From: Guillardia theta CCMP2712
Lineage: Eukaryota > Protista > Cryptophyta
DNA: 64,000 nt
Assembly: GCF_000315625.1 (NCBI RefSeq)
Contig: NW_005434630.1
Span: 1 to 64,000 of the forward strand
Direction: 5' to 3'
The notes under the pieces are model-generated. The model made no database searches, was not told where the DNA came from, and was given only the letters and a program-made list of their open reading frames with translations. Positions 32,901 to 46,700 of the stretch are shown in pieces; the stretch's first letter is position 1; each line of letters opens with the position of its first letter. The translations under genes and the position numbers were made by a program.

Positions 32901-35900
32901 GAAGGCTACACCAAGTCAGAGTCGAGCTGCATGGCGTGCGCCGCCGGGTCATACAAGAACAGCATCGGGAACATGGCATGCCTTTCGTGCTCCGATGCCG
33001 CAAGCTGCCCCATCGGAACTTACAAGCCTGACTGCCCGTCAGCATCGCGAGTCGACAAGCAATGTGAGCCGTGCATGAACAAACCTAACAACAGCGTCTA
33101 CACGACCAACGGAGGTAACCGGGACGCATGCAAGTACCAGTGTGCGGAGGGATACAAGCTCAACTGCGAGACCAACACTTGTCAGATCTGTCAGCCTGGC
33201 TCGCAGTACTACTCCCCGCCTGCTGCAGACTGTAAAGAGTGTCCCGTCGGCGGGAAGTGCGACGGCTCTACCTTGCAGCCCAAAGTCGCCGGCTCAGCCT
33301 GGGGCTGGGAAGGAGGTATCCTCCGCATCCAGGCTTGCCCAGCTGGATACATCCTAATCCGCAACGAGTTAAACTCCCAGCTGGACGACTGCAGCGAGTG
33401 TCCTCCCTCCTATTACAGCCCCGTCCCTGCAAGCTACAAGGACCAGATCCAAAGCGTCAGCTCACCGTCCGCTGTCCTCTTGAAGTGTTTGCCGTGTGAG
33501 CTGGATAAGGTCGACTGCCCGGGAGGCAGCCAGTACATCGCGAAGTCAGGATTCTGGACGCTTAGCGAGCCGTCCACGAGCAGGCGAGCTGAGGCCAAGA
33601 ACGCCTCCAGCAGCTTCAGCATCCCCATCTATCGCTGCCCCCCTGACGCTTGCGAGCAAGGCAACAACTGCACCGTCGGTCGCACTGGGGTGCTTTGCGC
33701 TCTCTGTGCTGAAGGATACTACGTGGCGGGCACGGCGTACGGTGAGTGCAGAGCGGTTGAGACGTTTCCCTCGTTGCTCCTCTCACTCTCATGTCAGGAG
33801 CACAGTGCAAGCCTTGCATGGGAAACATTGAGCGCTTCAAGACCGGAGGGCAAGTGCTTTTCGTGCTCGTGATGCTCGTCCTATGGTACGTGTTGATCCT
33901 CCGCCCGCTGCTCGGCTTGTCGAAGCCGGAGAAGCGAGCGACTAACGACGTGACGACCTGGACGAGGATCGTCTACTACCTCAAGAGAGCCTGGGAGTAC
34001 CTGAGGCTGGTGATCAGCTTTCTCCAGGTCACTTCCTCCTTCACAAACTCCTACAACGTCCCTTGGCCTCTAGAAGTTCAGAACCTCTTCAAGATCGCAG
34101 CGGCTTTCAAGTGAGTGACGGAGGGGACGTGGCTGTGGCGGTGGGGGCTCAGAAGAGGGGTGGGGTGGGAGGAGGAAGAGAGCGGATGGAGGGAGCTGAC
34201 GCAAGTGGGCAGGTTCGACTTGTTCGCCTTCACAGGCATGCACTGTCTGCTGTCGGGGATGACGTTCAGCCAGAGACTCGACCTCTACGGCGTTGGGCCT
34301 GTGGTGGTCGGGGTGTTCATGCTCCTTCCCCTGCCGTTCCTCAGGAAGACAAGCCCTGCCAACGTGCTCAGAGACTCCCTCCGCCCCTGGTGCATCTTCC
34401 GCTTCAACCTAGCGAGACTCTGCCCCTGGTCCGACCAGGAGGACGAGGATGGCACCAAGAATCGTGTAGATCTGCTTGCCAAGGGTGAGGACATGAAGCC
34501 GGAGCAAGTCATGGAGCAAGTCGCACAGGTCAACGAGTACAACGCGCATGTGCAGGAGAGAGTCTGGTTTTGGTTTCTCTTCTGGTAGCTCATCACCTTG
34601 TGCTCTGTTTCTCCTGACGTTTGTGTGCTCAGGTGCTTCTTGATCTATCCTCTCCTCGCCATCTTCGCTTCCTCAGGCTTCATCTGCAAGACCGTCGGGT
34701 CCAACAAGTACCTCCTCATCGACTTCTCCGAGGCCTGCCCCGTCTCCGACGCCTCGAAGCCCATCTTCTGGAAGGTGGTGGTCATCTTCCTTGCCTACCC
34801 CGTGGGGATACCAGTCTTCTTCCTCTGGATGCTCTGGCGGCATGAGGTCCCGAGGCTGGCTCGGGTGAAGAAGGAGAACCTGCTCTTCATCGAGGTGCTC
34901 AAGGAGTTCAAGACCCGAGCTGAGCGAGACAAGGAGAGGCAGCCGGTGGTCCGGAAGATCGCCCACCTCCTCCACGAGCACAGCAGCCACCGCAACCGCC
35001 TCCTCATCTCCGACAACCTCACACCCTCTGAGCTCGAGTCCGTCCTGCAGTTTGAGTGCGTGCGACTGCCCTTCCTCGCTTCCCCACCCTCTATCTCTCC
35101 CTTCCCTCCTCCCTACCGTTCCCTTCTCTTCTTTCTGTGCCTGCCTCCCTCTCTTCGTCGCGCCCTCCTCTTGTAAACGGGTGGAGCAGGTGGTGGCACG
35201 ACAGCTTGACGGAGACCGACGATCATCAGTACCTTCGACTGGTTCCGCATGCTCCCTCTTGTCTCCATGCGTCCTGACTGCGTCGTGGCAGAAATGGCTG
35301 CACACGTCCAAGCAGGAGAAAGGCGAGGGCGCGATGGATCAGGCGCAGGAGGCAATCAAGAGAAGAACGCTCTCGAGTCTGAGGAGGTGGAAGCGAGAGG
35401 TGGAGGAGCAGCTCGGGAAGCTGCAGTCACAGGAGGTGAGCGGGACGAGAACTCAGCAGCTCTTGGAGAACAGAATCATCTGGTGCAAAAGCGCGATGCG
35501 GTGGATCCACAAGTGCCCAGCACATCTGTTCCGCGACTCGCTGCCTCCCGGGCACGAGGGGGAAGACTTGTACAAGTGTATCGTGTTCATCAACAACCTC
35601 CTCTTCGACGAGGCGCGAGACTTTCTCCTCCAGGGTCAGGAGGTGGTGGGCAGGTGGAAAAAGCAGGTCGACGATCACTCGCTTGCTCATGCGACCGCTC
35701 GCAAAGATCTAGGGTTTGAGGATGACGATGAGATGGAGCAGTACTGCTGCTTCCTCCCGGCCTCCAAGCAGCCTCTCGAGCGCGAGTCCTCGAGTTTTAT
35801 GCAGCGGTTGTTCTCGCGGGACCTGAAGAAGCTCGTGCAGGAGGGCAAGCAAAACGTGACGCTCGCCGAGAAAGACCTCGACCTGGTCGCTCGCTACCTG

Positions 35901-37623
35901 CGCATCCAGGAGGCGATCTGGGTGAGGAGCATCTGCGAGAAGCTCGACAAGGAGAGGCAGGAAGGCAGAGACGATGAGGACGAGGATGGCGTACTGGCAG
36001 TGGAAGAGGAGGAGGTCGACCCTGAGCAGGTGGAGGTGAAGATGCTTGGTCGGGGAGGAGAAGGAAGTCAAATCTTCCAGTCCAGCGAAGACGGGGAGGG
36101 CATCATTGACACAGGAGAGCTGCAGGAAGGCTTCACGCGGCAGAGCTGGCTGCGCTACTTCATGAAGCGAGGCTTCTCCAACCACACCAGACGCGCCTTC
36201 GACTGGCTCCTCCTCCCTGGGTGGAACAGAGCCTATCCTGCGGGTCCGGCTCGGCTCTTTGCCTGGATCGACCAGGAGGGACGATGGTCGAGCATCGTCG
36301 GGGCACGGGAGGAGAAGCGGCAAGAGGTGCTGCTACAAGCAGCTCGCAGCTACTTCGAGCAGAGGAAGGCGCTGTCGCGGTTCCCCATGGCGCTGGAAGA
36401 GCTAGTCATCCGCCTGCAGGAGATCCGCCTCAAGGAGGCCGTGCTTCTCCTCGGACGACAGCTGCAGTACCAGGGAAAGATCGCGGTCCCGCCATGCCGG
36501 TGGATGACCCAAGACGAGCTGCTGGAGCGAAGGAGCCGATTGAAGATCAAGGCAATGCAAGTGTCATCAGAAGAAGAAGAAGCGTTCGAGGACGAGGACG
36601 ATCTGATCAACATCGAGAAGATAGCGGTTCATCAAGCTGGCTTCATCTTCCAGGCTTACAAGGTGAGCTTGTGCTGCTGCTGTCATACGATAAACGTGTC
36701 AAGGTGGACTTTTGGTTCTTTGAGATCGTCGACATGCTGCGAAAGTGAGAGTCGCTGCGTGGCGTCGGCTTGCTCCTCACCTTGTCATGCGGCAGGTTCT
36801 TGATGATGGGCATTGTCAACTTCATCTTCCCCGACTCGCCTCAGCAGACAGCAGCTGGCTGCGCTGTGGCCTTCACTTCTCTCCTCCTCGCCATCTACTT
36901 TCGTCCCTTTGTCAACAGGCGGCTCAACACCTTGTATCAGCTCGCGCTCTTCACGCAAACGCTGACGCTATTCTGTGAGCTCTCTCGTTGTCGCGATGAT
37001 GGGTCTGACGGGTCATGACAGACGGGCTGATGCTTGACTTGCAGAGGTACTGGTGACGAGGTGCAGCCTCTCCTTGACACGTGTGATGCTCCACAGCTTG
37101 CAGTACAGGTTGGACGAGGTGGTGACGGGCGGGACGGAGCAGACGACCTTGACCATCATCATCATCGCATCCAACATCTCCGTCTTGTTCCTTCCGGTGA
37201 TTCTTTGGATAGCGCAAGAGGATGTCATCGACCGCTCTTGGCGCTTCCTCGTCACCAAGACTGGCCTGCGCCGATGTCTGTCACGGATGGTCTCGTCCTC
37301 GCTCGCCGCGCTGCTTGCTGATGACTTTGATGCAGGAGGCAAGACGAGGAGCAGGACAGATCAACCAGGGAGCGCAGAACTACATGCTTTACCCGTCGAA
37401 GATCGCAGAAGTTGACCACCCGACATCTCAGAGGAGGATGTCGAAGCGCAAGATGTCGTCCTTGGCCTCTCTCGCGCCCCTCACTCCCACCTCCCCGACA
37501 AGCATGACGGAAGTCTGCATGTCCTCCTCTCTCTGCACCATCGATATGACCAGCTCTGCTCCGACTGAGGAGGAGAGGATGATATTTGTGCACACAGATG
37601 AAGAGGAGATCCGGGAGGAGTAG
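26938..37623 (+). CDS. Giant surface membrane protein: signal peptide, kelch repeats, ~1400 aa of Cys-rich GCC2/GCC3 (ephrin-receptor-like) repeats, multi-pass TM C-terminus
   Basis: Kelch blades (IYVFGG, IYLFGG, PSARYRHGM) in short exons 26938-29500. CxxCxxGxY/K repeats in ORF 29469..33872. GRTGVLCALCAEGY, LRLVISFLQVTSSF..YNVPWP, AYPVGIP and FWFFEIVDMLRK TM-module motifs. Confidence 0.85.
29676..32811 (+). repeat. Near-identical internal exon duplications in the Cys-rich region
   Basis: ~210-nt block at 29676 recurs at 30138. ~415-nt block at 30738 recurs at 32397. The core ggcacatacaagagcagcctcggcagccaagcc occurs four times. Confidence 0.9.
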
Positions 37624-37945
37624 GAGGGCGGGCATTTCGGGTATCAGAGCCGTTCTGTTCAGAGGGCTGCCTGCCACTTCGCAATGAGATCAGCCTACAC
37701 TTTATAATACACAAGACAGAGAGGATCCACCAAATGTCTACGCGCCGTCCGACTGCTTGCGAAGGAGTCACTGAATCGCACAGGCCGCCCAACGGCGAGA
37801 AGAGAAAAGACAGCGAGAACCAACCCTCATACTGCCGATTGCTGTCCCCCAAACTTAACTGATACTTTCACGTAACTACGCGCAACTGAGACCATTCCCC
37901 CGCGCCATTGGAAGAGTGAACAAGCGGACTCCGCCCCAGTGGAAG

Positions 37946-38070
37946 TAGTAGAGTAAAATCAAGCAAATAGTAGAGTAAAATCAAGCAAATAGTAGAGTAG
38001 AATCAAGGAAATAGTAGAGTAAAATCAAAGAAGTAAGTAAAGAAGTAGTAGAGTAAAATCAAGAAGTAGT
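37946..38070. repeat. 22-bp AT-rich minisatellite, ~5 degenerate copies
   Basis: Unit tagtagagtaaaatcaagcaaa. Confidence 0.9.
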
Positions 38071-38742
38071 TCTTTTTTAAAATCGTACTGAGTTTGATTT
38101 GATTTGTGGGGTAGTTCGATAGTGTGGGGTCGGGATCCAGGGATGGTGGGTGTAGTCGCTTCTAAACTTTAAGAGGGGTGGGTTCCTCAAATACTAGGGG
38201 TGGTAAATGCAACACACAAATTATTTGGAGAATTGAGCTAATTGTGCCCCCTAAAGATGATTTGATTCATGCTGTGAAAGATGGATATAGTGTGGGTGGG
38301 GGTACATATTATTGTACCGAATTGAACCCCCCGGTCTAAACCTCAGAGTGTCAATCTGTACCCATCAGACTGGTTCGATTCTGTAGGCACCGGTAGTCAA
38401 AACCCAACGCAGAAACGCAGCACCCCACCTTTAGTTAGCAGTAGTACCCTCTCGACTACCCCTTGTTTTTCCTCCACGTCCTGTTCATCGTGACGGCTCT
38501 CCAGGTGTCAACTACCCCACCCTTTCGGCTAAATTTCGAACAGACCTCCTTCCTGCTACCCTTTTAGACCCCACCCTTCTCTCTGATTCAACTACCCCTG
38601 CTGAAATCGGTTTAGCTTTGGAGCACCCCTGCGTTTGGGACCTCTACCTGTATCACACCACCCACAGAAATTACCACCCCACCTACTCAATTATTTCTAT
38701 CAGTTTTTTCACCCCCACCCCTTCTTCCTACCATCCGACGCC

Positions 38743-39936
38743 ATGTCCTTCTTGTCCTACATGGTGCCGCTTTCTTCCTCCTCTCCCCCCCCTCCCCCCT
38801 CCACCAATACCTTCACTTCATTCTCTGCTCTCGCAACTGCTCCCGCTCCCGCAACTGCTCCCTCTTCCCTTCTGACTTCATGGCAACCCTCTTCTTCCTC
38901 ATCTGCATCGACCGTGTCTTCTTTGCTTCCTTCTATCCAATCATCGGCAGCCCCTTCATCCTCCTTGTTAGATACTGCTTTCCCCTTTGTAGGTTCTGCA
39001 TCCTCTAGCACCTCCATGCATCCTTCTGCCTCTGATGCATCAGCGGCCTCATCGACCACATTCCCTACCAACTTACCGGTTTCTTTGGCTCCTACCCACT
39101 CTTGTACTCCAGCTCCATTGCCTTCCTCCAGCAGCCTCTTGTCCCGAGCAGGCGATTTGATCCCTTCAAAGATCATTGACAGCTTTGAATCATTGTCGAA
39201 TCCTTCGAATCATGGACTTTCATCTCGAGCAACGCAAATAGCATCTATTCTCCCGGATCTAGCAGCACTTGCTCTGCCTCCACGATTTTCAGGTGATCTC
39301 TGCACCATAATGGGAAGAGGAGGTTCGTCTCCGACAGGATTCGCGATAGGCATCATTCTGGGGCCGATCATCGCCGTGCAGAAGATGGCCGGCATCATCG
39401 GGGTTGATCTCACTGCCGAATCCATGGGGATGCAGGAACCGGACTATGCCTTCTCTCCAGCAAGTGTTGGGCAGCGTCTGGACTCTCTAGAGATCTGTGA
39501 GGTCAAGCGCAGCAGCAGCCAAGTCGACCAGGAGGAGGTAGTGTGTGCTGTGTGTCAATGTGCCTTCGAGGATGAGGAGCAAGGCTTCGTGCTACGGGGG
39601 TGCCAACACAAGTTCCACGTTCAATGTCTCTCGCCATGGCTTGAGAGAAGGCACACTTGCCCCTGCTGTCGCGAATCTCTAGGAAGCACTCCCTTAAGGA
39701 GTTCTCGGCCCACAGTCTCCATCGCAGAACTTAGGGAAGAGGATGTTCCAGCAGAGGCGTCGCCCGGCCCCGAAACCTCGGAGATAGAAGACTGTGGACA
39801 TGAGGCTTCCTGTGAGGTCAAAGGTGGAAGACCAGATCTGAACGAGTACTCGGGTGCAGGAAAAGCGTTTGAGAAGAATAACCTTGAGCTCGAGCCCATG
39901 TGCTTGTCGCTAACGAAAGAGAGGACATCATATTGA
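38743..39936 (+). CDS. RING-H2 E3 ubiquitin ligase with Ser/Pro-rich N-terminus
   Basis: CAVC...GCQHKFHVQC...W..RHTCPCC (C3H2C3). First in-frame ATG is at 38743. Confidence 0.88.
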   Translation: MSFLSYMVPLSSSSPPPPPSTNTFTSFSALATAPAPATAPSSLLTSWQPSSSSSASTVSSLLPSIQSSAAPSSSLLDTAFPFVGSASSSTSMHPSASDASAASSTTFPTNLPVSLAPTHSCTPAPLPSSSSLLSRAGDLIPSKIIDSFESLSNPSNHGLSSRATQIASILPDLAALALPPRFSGDLCTIMGRGGSSPTGFAIGIILGPIIAVQKMAGIIGVDLTAESMGMQEPDYAFSPASVGQRLDSLEICEVKRSSSQVDQEEVVCAVCQCAFEDEEQGFVLRGCQHKFHVQCLSPWLERRHTCPCCRESLGSTPLRSSRPTVSIAELREEDVPAEASPGPETSEIEDCGHEASCEVKGGRPDLNEYSGAGKAFEKNNLELEPMCLSLTKERTSY

Positions 39937-39999
39937 CGACAGTGTTAAGAGTATATACACATTAAATGACATGATTTGAGAGACCGAGGAATACAAGGG

Positions 40000-42900
40000 C
40001 GAATGTCTGTACAATGATGTTGCTTCATGAATCTTGTCTGATTCTCTTCGTCATCTCCTCCATCTCCACCTGCAGAGCGACATACTGCGATCTGCGCTAT
40101 GAATCACTGAGAGGCAAACAGGTGAAGAACTCACAGCTGCCACCATAAGTCCCTCTCTTCTTCAGTCTCTCCCTCACTTCCTCCCGTTCCTCCTCTTGCT
40201 ATCTCGAGCGCCATACGGCACCTGACGCTCGAGTCAACGGGATCTCAAGAGCAAGAGAATAACCTTGTGCTAAACTCTTCCTCTCCCAGCTTCAAGACGA
40301 GAGAATGCCGAGCTTCACTTGACGCTAAGAGGAAAGTCATCCTTTTCTGCAGCATATTCTCCTCCTCGCCCTCACAATCCTGCACCCAGGCACTCACCTG
40401 CGCGAAGGAGCATGAACCTGGAGTACTCGTTCCCTGCAGCAGGATAGTCGGCAGCTGGGAGCACAGGAAGAGCGTCTCCTCCCCTCGGCGACTCGTCCAA
40501 AGTCTCGTCCAGCAGCGAGCAGTCTAACGTGGAGTCTCCAGGAGAGGTTCTGGAGGAGTCATGCGAGGAGGGGGAGGAATGCTGTCCAAAGCTCTCTGTC
40601 GCATCGACATCCCCTCGGCTAGATGTTGTGGGACTCTTGAAACCTGCATCAGCTTCCTCCCGAGAGAGGCTCGATGACGATATGGTTGAGGACGTCCGTG
40701 AAGTTTCCAAGATCTTCCATTCAACTTCACATCTCTCCTCCTGCCACCGGGACAAGTTTCCGGAGTCAAAGTTTTGTCCTTCCTCTGAACTCTGTCTTTC
40801 AACTCCTTCCGTCGATCCTCTCCTAATGAGGTTCTCTCCGTTCTCTTCCTCTGCTGGGGATTCTTTCCCTCCTTCATCTCTCAAATGCCAGCCATCCTAC
40901 ATCAAAATCACCCGGAGCAAGTAGAAGGAGGAACTCACCGCGCCTCTCTCACGCGAGCATGAAAGCCCCGACATTGGACCGCTCAGTGCGTCAAGCAGCA
41001 GCATGTTACCATGCGCCACTTGGTTAAGCCCGCCCAGGTCACTCCCAGCCGTTGTCATCAGTTCCTCAAGTGCTCCTTCAAGGTTTCCCAGCTGCCCTTT
41101 GTCTGTGTGATCCACGTGGCCTGACGTCAAAATTTTGCCCTCGATGACAAGGTTCTGTTGGTAGAACCACTCCAGCAGCGCTGCATGCCCATCCTCAGCT
41201 CGCCGAACCTTCTCCTCGAATTCATCCGCGATGGTCACGTCTGGGTTCCAAGCCTCCTCGCCCTGCAGCGCGTCCTCCTCCTCAGACTGCAGCTCGTCGA
41301 GCTTGGGCTGAAAACTCTTCCCTTCCACTGCCTCGTCTTCTGCAGGTTGCAGGTCACAGAGGGTGAGGAGACAAGAGGCGGCAATAACAACAACCTCTCG
41401 AGGGCTCGACTATGTCGGGAAGAGCAGAAACTTCTTGACGTGCGATGTCGTCAACCGTGGGACGATGGTACTGCTTCCTGCACTAGAGATTCACTCAACC
41501 ATCTCCACGTGCTCCTGTCGGACCTCATTCCCGAGCTTTTTGCCGGCGGCGGGTTCAAGTGCTTGAGGTCAAAGAGGATTGGCGGCCTTTCTGCTCCTCT
41601 CGGACCAGTCAAGCACCTTCGACACAAAAGCTGCAAGTAACCGATGTTGGGGGTCGTGGGCTTGAGCTTGAGCTGCCTCCAAACCCCAGCTGCTCCTCCT
41701 CTGCGTTCCTCCTCCCCAGACTTGCGGGCGGCGGGAGGATCGGCAGGCACCTGGTGAGCTTTGTGCACCTGCGGCTTAGCCAATGCTATCGCCAGCGGAG
41801 TTCCAGCTCGCTTCCTGCCCATCCTCTAGGAGCGAATGAGTCAGAGCAGTGCTAGGGAAAAGCAGACCTGGAGGAGGGTTGGAGACCGATCGGCTGCTCG
41901 ACCTCTAAGGCTGGCATGCTGTTGCGTTGTCTTGAGAGCTGGTACACGCGATCAGCTCAGCGATCAGCGTACCGAAACTGAACCTGTTGAAGGATCGAGC
42001 TGGGCCTCTGCTGGAGAAGCTTCTTTCGGCCTGGCTTTCGGTTGCGGTCTGGGCAACTCCCTCGGGACGTGCAGCCTCGGATGAGCTGAGAAAGGACGAG
42101 ACGGCAACCCAGCTGGTCTCAGTCGCTGTAGCAAGTTGACAGCCTCTTGCTTCGTGGCGCCTGGAGGCAGACGTTAGGGAGGCACATCCAGTGCTGCCGG
42201 CGTTACCTGCGCCTCCTTCTCTTCCACACGAAGAAAGAGGTCGAGAGGTCGAGATCGCAGCATGAACCTTCGCCTTGTCCTGGAGGTGAGAAGTGAAAAC
42301 GGAGAATGAGCTGCAGCGTTGAAGTACCACAAGTTGATCAGTAAATCGGTAGCTCTCCAAGTCAAGCTCTCCTTTCATCGTCAGATCGGCCAGTTTCCTT
42401 TCAAACACGTTATGGAGACGAATGGAGCGAGGAGAGGAGACCGGAGAAGCTCTTCAGTTGTCGGTCTGCTCCTGACGTCCTTCTGCAGGCACTAAAAGTC
42501 CTTGAGCCAAACGACAATCTCAGCAGGCACAGAGCTTACATCGTCCACAATCCTCGTCATCACCTGGGAGTAGGAAGAAGGAATCTACAAGGCATCACGT
42601 AGTAAGAAAGGATGAGTGAGAGCAGCGACAGCAAGACGGCAGACCGGAAGATATCGTCCTCGCACAATCTTGAGCACTAACGCCCCGTGGTTGGCAGCCT
42701 CGAACGGATGCTTGAAGGTGCAGAGCTCGTATAGAACACAGCCGAGGGACCAGACGTCAGACTTCTCGTTGTATGCTCGACCCTCACAGAGCTCGGGGGA
42801 AAGATAATAAGGAGTTCCAACCTGCATCGAAAAGCTCACGACGAAGTAGCATACTTGATGAACGAGTGGACAAGGCAGGAGAATGTGAGGATGGAAGTGA

Positions 42901-43461
42901 ACAAGGGAGAAGGGAACGCACCATCGTCATCGCCATGTCCATGGTGTTGTCGAGTATCTTCGCTACTCCAAGGTCGCCAAGCTGCGCAGTCGTCTCCTCA
43001 GGCAGCGGTGAACGGGAGGGCAGTGTTACCTTGACGTCGCCGGTCTTGGTCAGAAAGATGTTCATGGTCTTGACATCTCGATGAAGAATCCTCTGTGAGT
43101 GAATGTGGAGGAGGCCGAGGGCTGTCTGTATGACATACTTCCAGACTTGTTTCTCCTGCAGCATCCTCGTCTGTCGTTTGATCATCTCGTACATAGTCCC
43201 TCCCTCTGCGATCTCCGTGACGATGTAGAGCGTCATGCCCTCCTGGAACGACGAGAGGTATCGGATTACATGCTCGTGCCTCAGCCTCGACAGCACTCGA
43301 ACTTCATGGGCCGCCTCCTCCCTCATCTTCCTTGACATCCTCGACAGCTCCACAGCTTTGATCGCTACGACGCTCCCGTCCAACTTATTCCTTGCTCGAT
43401 ACACGCATCCTTGCGCTCCCTTGCCGAGCTCCTTGCCGAGCTCGAAGTCTCCTCGTCCCAT
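40000..43461 (-). CDS. NIMA-related (NEK) Ser/Thr kinase with long C-terminal tail (multi-exon; 3' end approximate)
   Basis: [74 protein letters not shown]. Confidence 0.92.
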
Positions 43462-43609
43462 CCTCGCCCTCTCCTATCCGCTCTCTCTATCCTCTTCTTC
43501 TCTCTGCTCCAGAGCCTATCCACCCTCGGGCATTGTCATTCCTCCAACCAACGCCCGATCTGAAAAACCCGATCAGAGACAAACTTCACTCAATTGAAGG
43601 TCGGGAGAT

Positions 43610-43745
43610 GCGGGGACGGGGATGGAGGCGAGGGAGGCAAGAGAGGCAAGAGAGGGAGGGAGGGAGGGAGGGAGGGGAGGGGATAGAAGAGCGAGGGAGG
43701 CAAGGGAGGCAAGGGAGGGAGGGATGGGATGGGATGGGATAGAAG
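43610..43745. repeat. Polypurine G-run tract (GGGA/GGGAT units) between divergent NEK and REV1-like genes
   Basis: gggagggagggagggagggagggg...gggatgggatgggatgggat. Confidence 0.85.
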
Positions 43746-43764
43746 AGCGAGAGAGTGAAGAACA

Positions 43765-46700
43765 ATGAGCTTCAACACCATCGTCGCTTCTGAAGGAGAA
43801 GATGGCGACAACGACAAGCCGAACCGCTTCAAAGATGCTCGAGCTCCAAAGTCTTCCATGGGTGACTTTGGCGAGTATTTTGCGGGTGAGCGAGGGAGGA
43901 GAGGGAGAGGCTGGTGGTAACTCAGCTTGTCGATGTCCTTGACAGATAAGATTCGGAAGCTACGAGAGACTGTGCAATCTGAACGAGCAAGTGAGACTAC
44001 TGGCAGTGTCGCCATTTTCAGGTAGCATGTGCCAGGTCGCGCATGTTGCTGATCGACAGCAGTGGGGTTTGTGTGTGGGTCGACGGATACACGCAGCCGA
44101 GCAACCGAGAGATCAGAGAGATCATGTCGCCTCCTCTCGCTCCCTTCCCGCCATGTTCGGGCTGATCCCACAGCAGGGCGCAGCATGGCGGACGATACGA
44201 GCACTACTTTGACGCGACGGTCGTGACGCATGTGATCGCAGAGACACTTGCGGAAACACACTTTCAAAGGTTGAAGGAAGAGAAGACAAGTGCCATGATC
44301 ATGACGGGGCAAGCAGGTATCGCTCCATGAAGAGAAACATACAGGTGGTCCGCCCTGCTTGGATCTCAGCATGCGTAGGTGTAGGGTTGTGCATCTGCTC
44401 GCTGCTGATGTTCCTTGCTTGTCAGCTGAAAGCTGGAGAACTGCTGAGCTGCTCCGAGTTCTTGCTGGAGAGAACGTCGCTTGACATCGGGCAGGTCGCC
44501 ATGTTCAAGGCTGGATCGCCGCACTCACCTGACAGCAGAGCTCAATCTCGTCGTTCTTGAGGGCAGGAGGAGGGAAGGCGAAGGTTGTCGATGCTCTCAG
44601 CTTGAAGCCTGTGGGCGCCTCGCGAGGAAACGATGACGAGAGCATCGGACAGACGCAGGGAAAGAGAGAGCGGCTCCCTCGCTTCAGAATGTCGCAGGTT
44701 TCTGCTTCCTTCCCTTTGCCTCGCTGAGAAACTGTAGGAATTCTGCGCTCAAGTTCCGATAGACAATGAGAAAAGCTGCGAGAGGAAAGACTGGAGACGA
44801 GAAGATGGAGCAGAGAACTTTCATGCAAGCAGAGACAGTGACGAGCATGAGAAGAGAGACAACCCGACTGAACGACGAGAGCAGAACAGGCACGGGCAAC
44901 ATGAGACAGAACGCAGCGAGCCAGCCAACGAGCTGATCTCGACTCACAATATGTATCATGAATCGTTAGAGAGGCAGATGCCAGAGTCTGTCAAGGAGAC
45001 ACACGATGATGAAGCTGCGCGTGTCTCTGCCTTGCAACAAGAAGAGATCAGCGCTGAAGAGTTGGAATGCATCTTGCAGGTCGAGAAGTTGTTGAGCTCC
45101 GGTGGCGCCTCCTCCCTCGGTCAAGAGAGTGGGAGGAAGCACAAGAGACCGAAGATGCATCGATGCGAGGAGACACCAACGATCTCGTGGGTGGGAGGCG
45201 AGGACAACCAGCGAATTGATGAAGACAGAAACACAAGCGGCAGCTCTTACTTTCAGAGGGTATGGCAGAGGAAGAAGCGGATGCTCGAGGTAGAGAGGTC
45301 GAGTGCTCATGGGCTATGCTGGGGCCAACGGAATGCTTCTTTCGAGGATGACGGAAAGGAGCGACTGACTGTCTTTGTGGGATGTCACGACCCTCTGCTT
45401 GCAAGCTCGTCAAGAGGTCAATTGCCCACAAGTGGCACCAATTCAATGAGTGACGGAAAAGAAGAGAAGGGAAATCTAGATGGTAAGGAGCAAGTACCCG
45501 GTTTACCTCCTGAACTTTCGACACTCTCACGCATGAGGCACATGCGGAGGAAGCTTCAGGACGAGCTCAAGCAACTCTCCCTCCTTCGCTTTGCTCTCAC
45601 CTCTTGCCGACTTTGCTTGTCGTCCTTCATCATCACGGGCTCTTGTGCTGCTGTGCTTCATTTCTCTGCGCTTATTTCTGAACCGCCAGAGCAATCGGAC
45701 GGCCTTAGGTTGGATGGACCCGAAGACTTAGAGTCCCACCTCGAGACGCGCCTGGCGAGTGGCCTGAGGGTGCCTTTCCACGCCGGCAGCGGCTCTGAAT
45801 TGAGCGGAGCATTTGAGAGGTACAGGAGCAAGAGTTGTGAGGGAGATCAATCGGGCATTGTGAAGATGTCAAGAGACGACGTGAGAAGAAGGATGAGCAT
45901 GAGAGAAGAGACGAACGTTGATCGACAGGAGCAACGGGAGCACGAAGACAAGAGGGATCACCAGCCATCACGTCAAGATCGGACAGCTCAGCAGCAAGCA
46001 AAGAAAGAACGAGAGGCGACATCATCCAGCCTTGTCGATCCTCCTCGCCTCTCACAGATAGACCCTGATATCATGAAAGAGCTTCCTCTCGAGATCCGGG
46101 CTGAGCTGCTGTTACATCTCAAGGGGACGTCAAGGTCTTCTTTGCGGGTCTCGTTTCACTTGCTGACTTGCCCTGTCAGGAGCTCAGCACAAGACAAGAA
46201 ATCTGACCATAACAAGAAGTACACGAGTGCGAAGCTCGCCAATAAGGGGAAGAAGCAGATGAAGGGGATGAACTTTCACTCCCACCCTCAACCACCATCA
46301 TGTGAGCTTGTCATGCTATTGATCACTTCTCAAGCTATCCACATCTCAGTTCATAATGACAAGCTCGACCAGTCTGTGCTCAAGGAGCTACAACGGAGCA
46401 TGGGGGTAAGAGCATTGCCCAGAACCGTGACAAGCTCACGTTCGTGTTCTCTAGGCAGAATGGGTGAGGGAGAACGTCAAGGAGAACTACACGACGAGCT
46501 CGGGAACGAGGAAGCGAGCCAGGGAGGAGGGTCCAAGACGCGTCAAGGAGGAGCTGGAGAGGGAAAGGCAGCATGAGCATGAGCAGGAAACAGAGCATGA
46601 GAGCCCAGTCTTGCAACTTCCTTGCGGTGAGACGGCTAGGTTGAGGAAGGCGATCAGCGACTGGTTAGTCAAGATCGACGTAGGGACTTGTTTTCCCCTC

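Noticed and set aside
37946-38070. CRISPR-like short repeats
   Set aside because: The units are contiguous with no unique spacers, there are no cas genes, and the context is eukaryotic.
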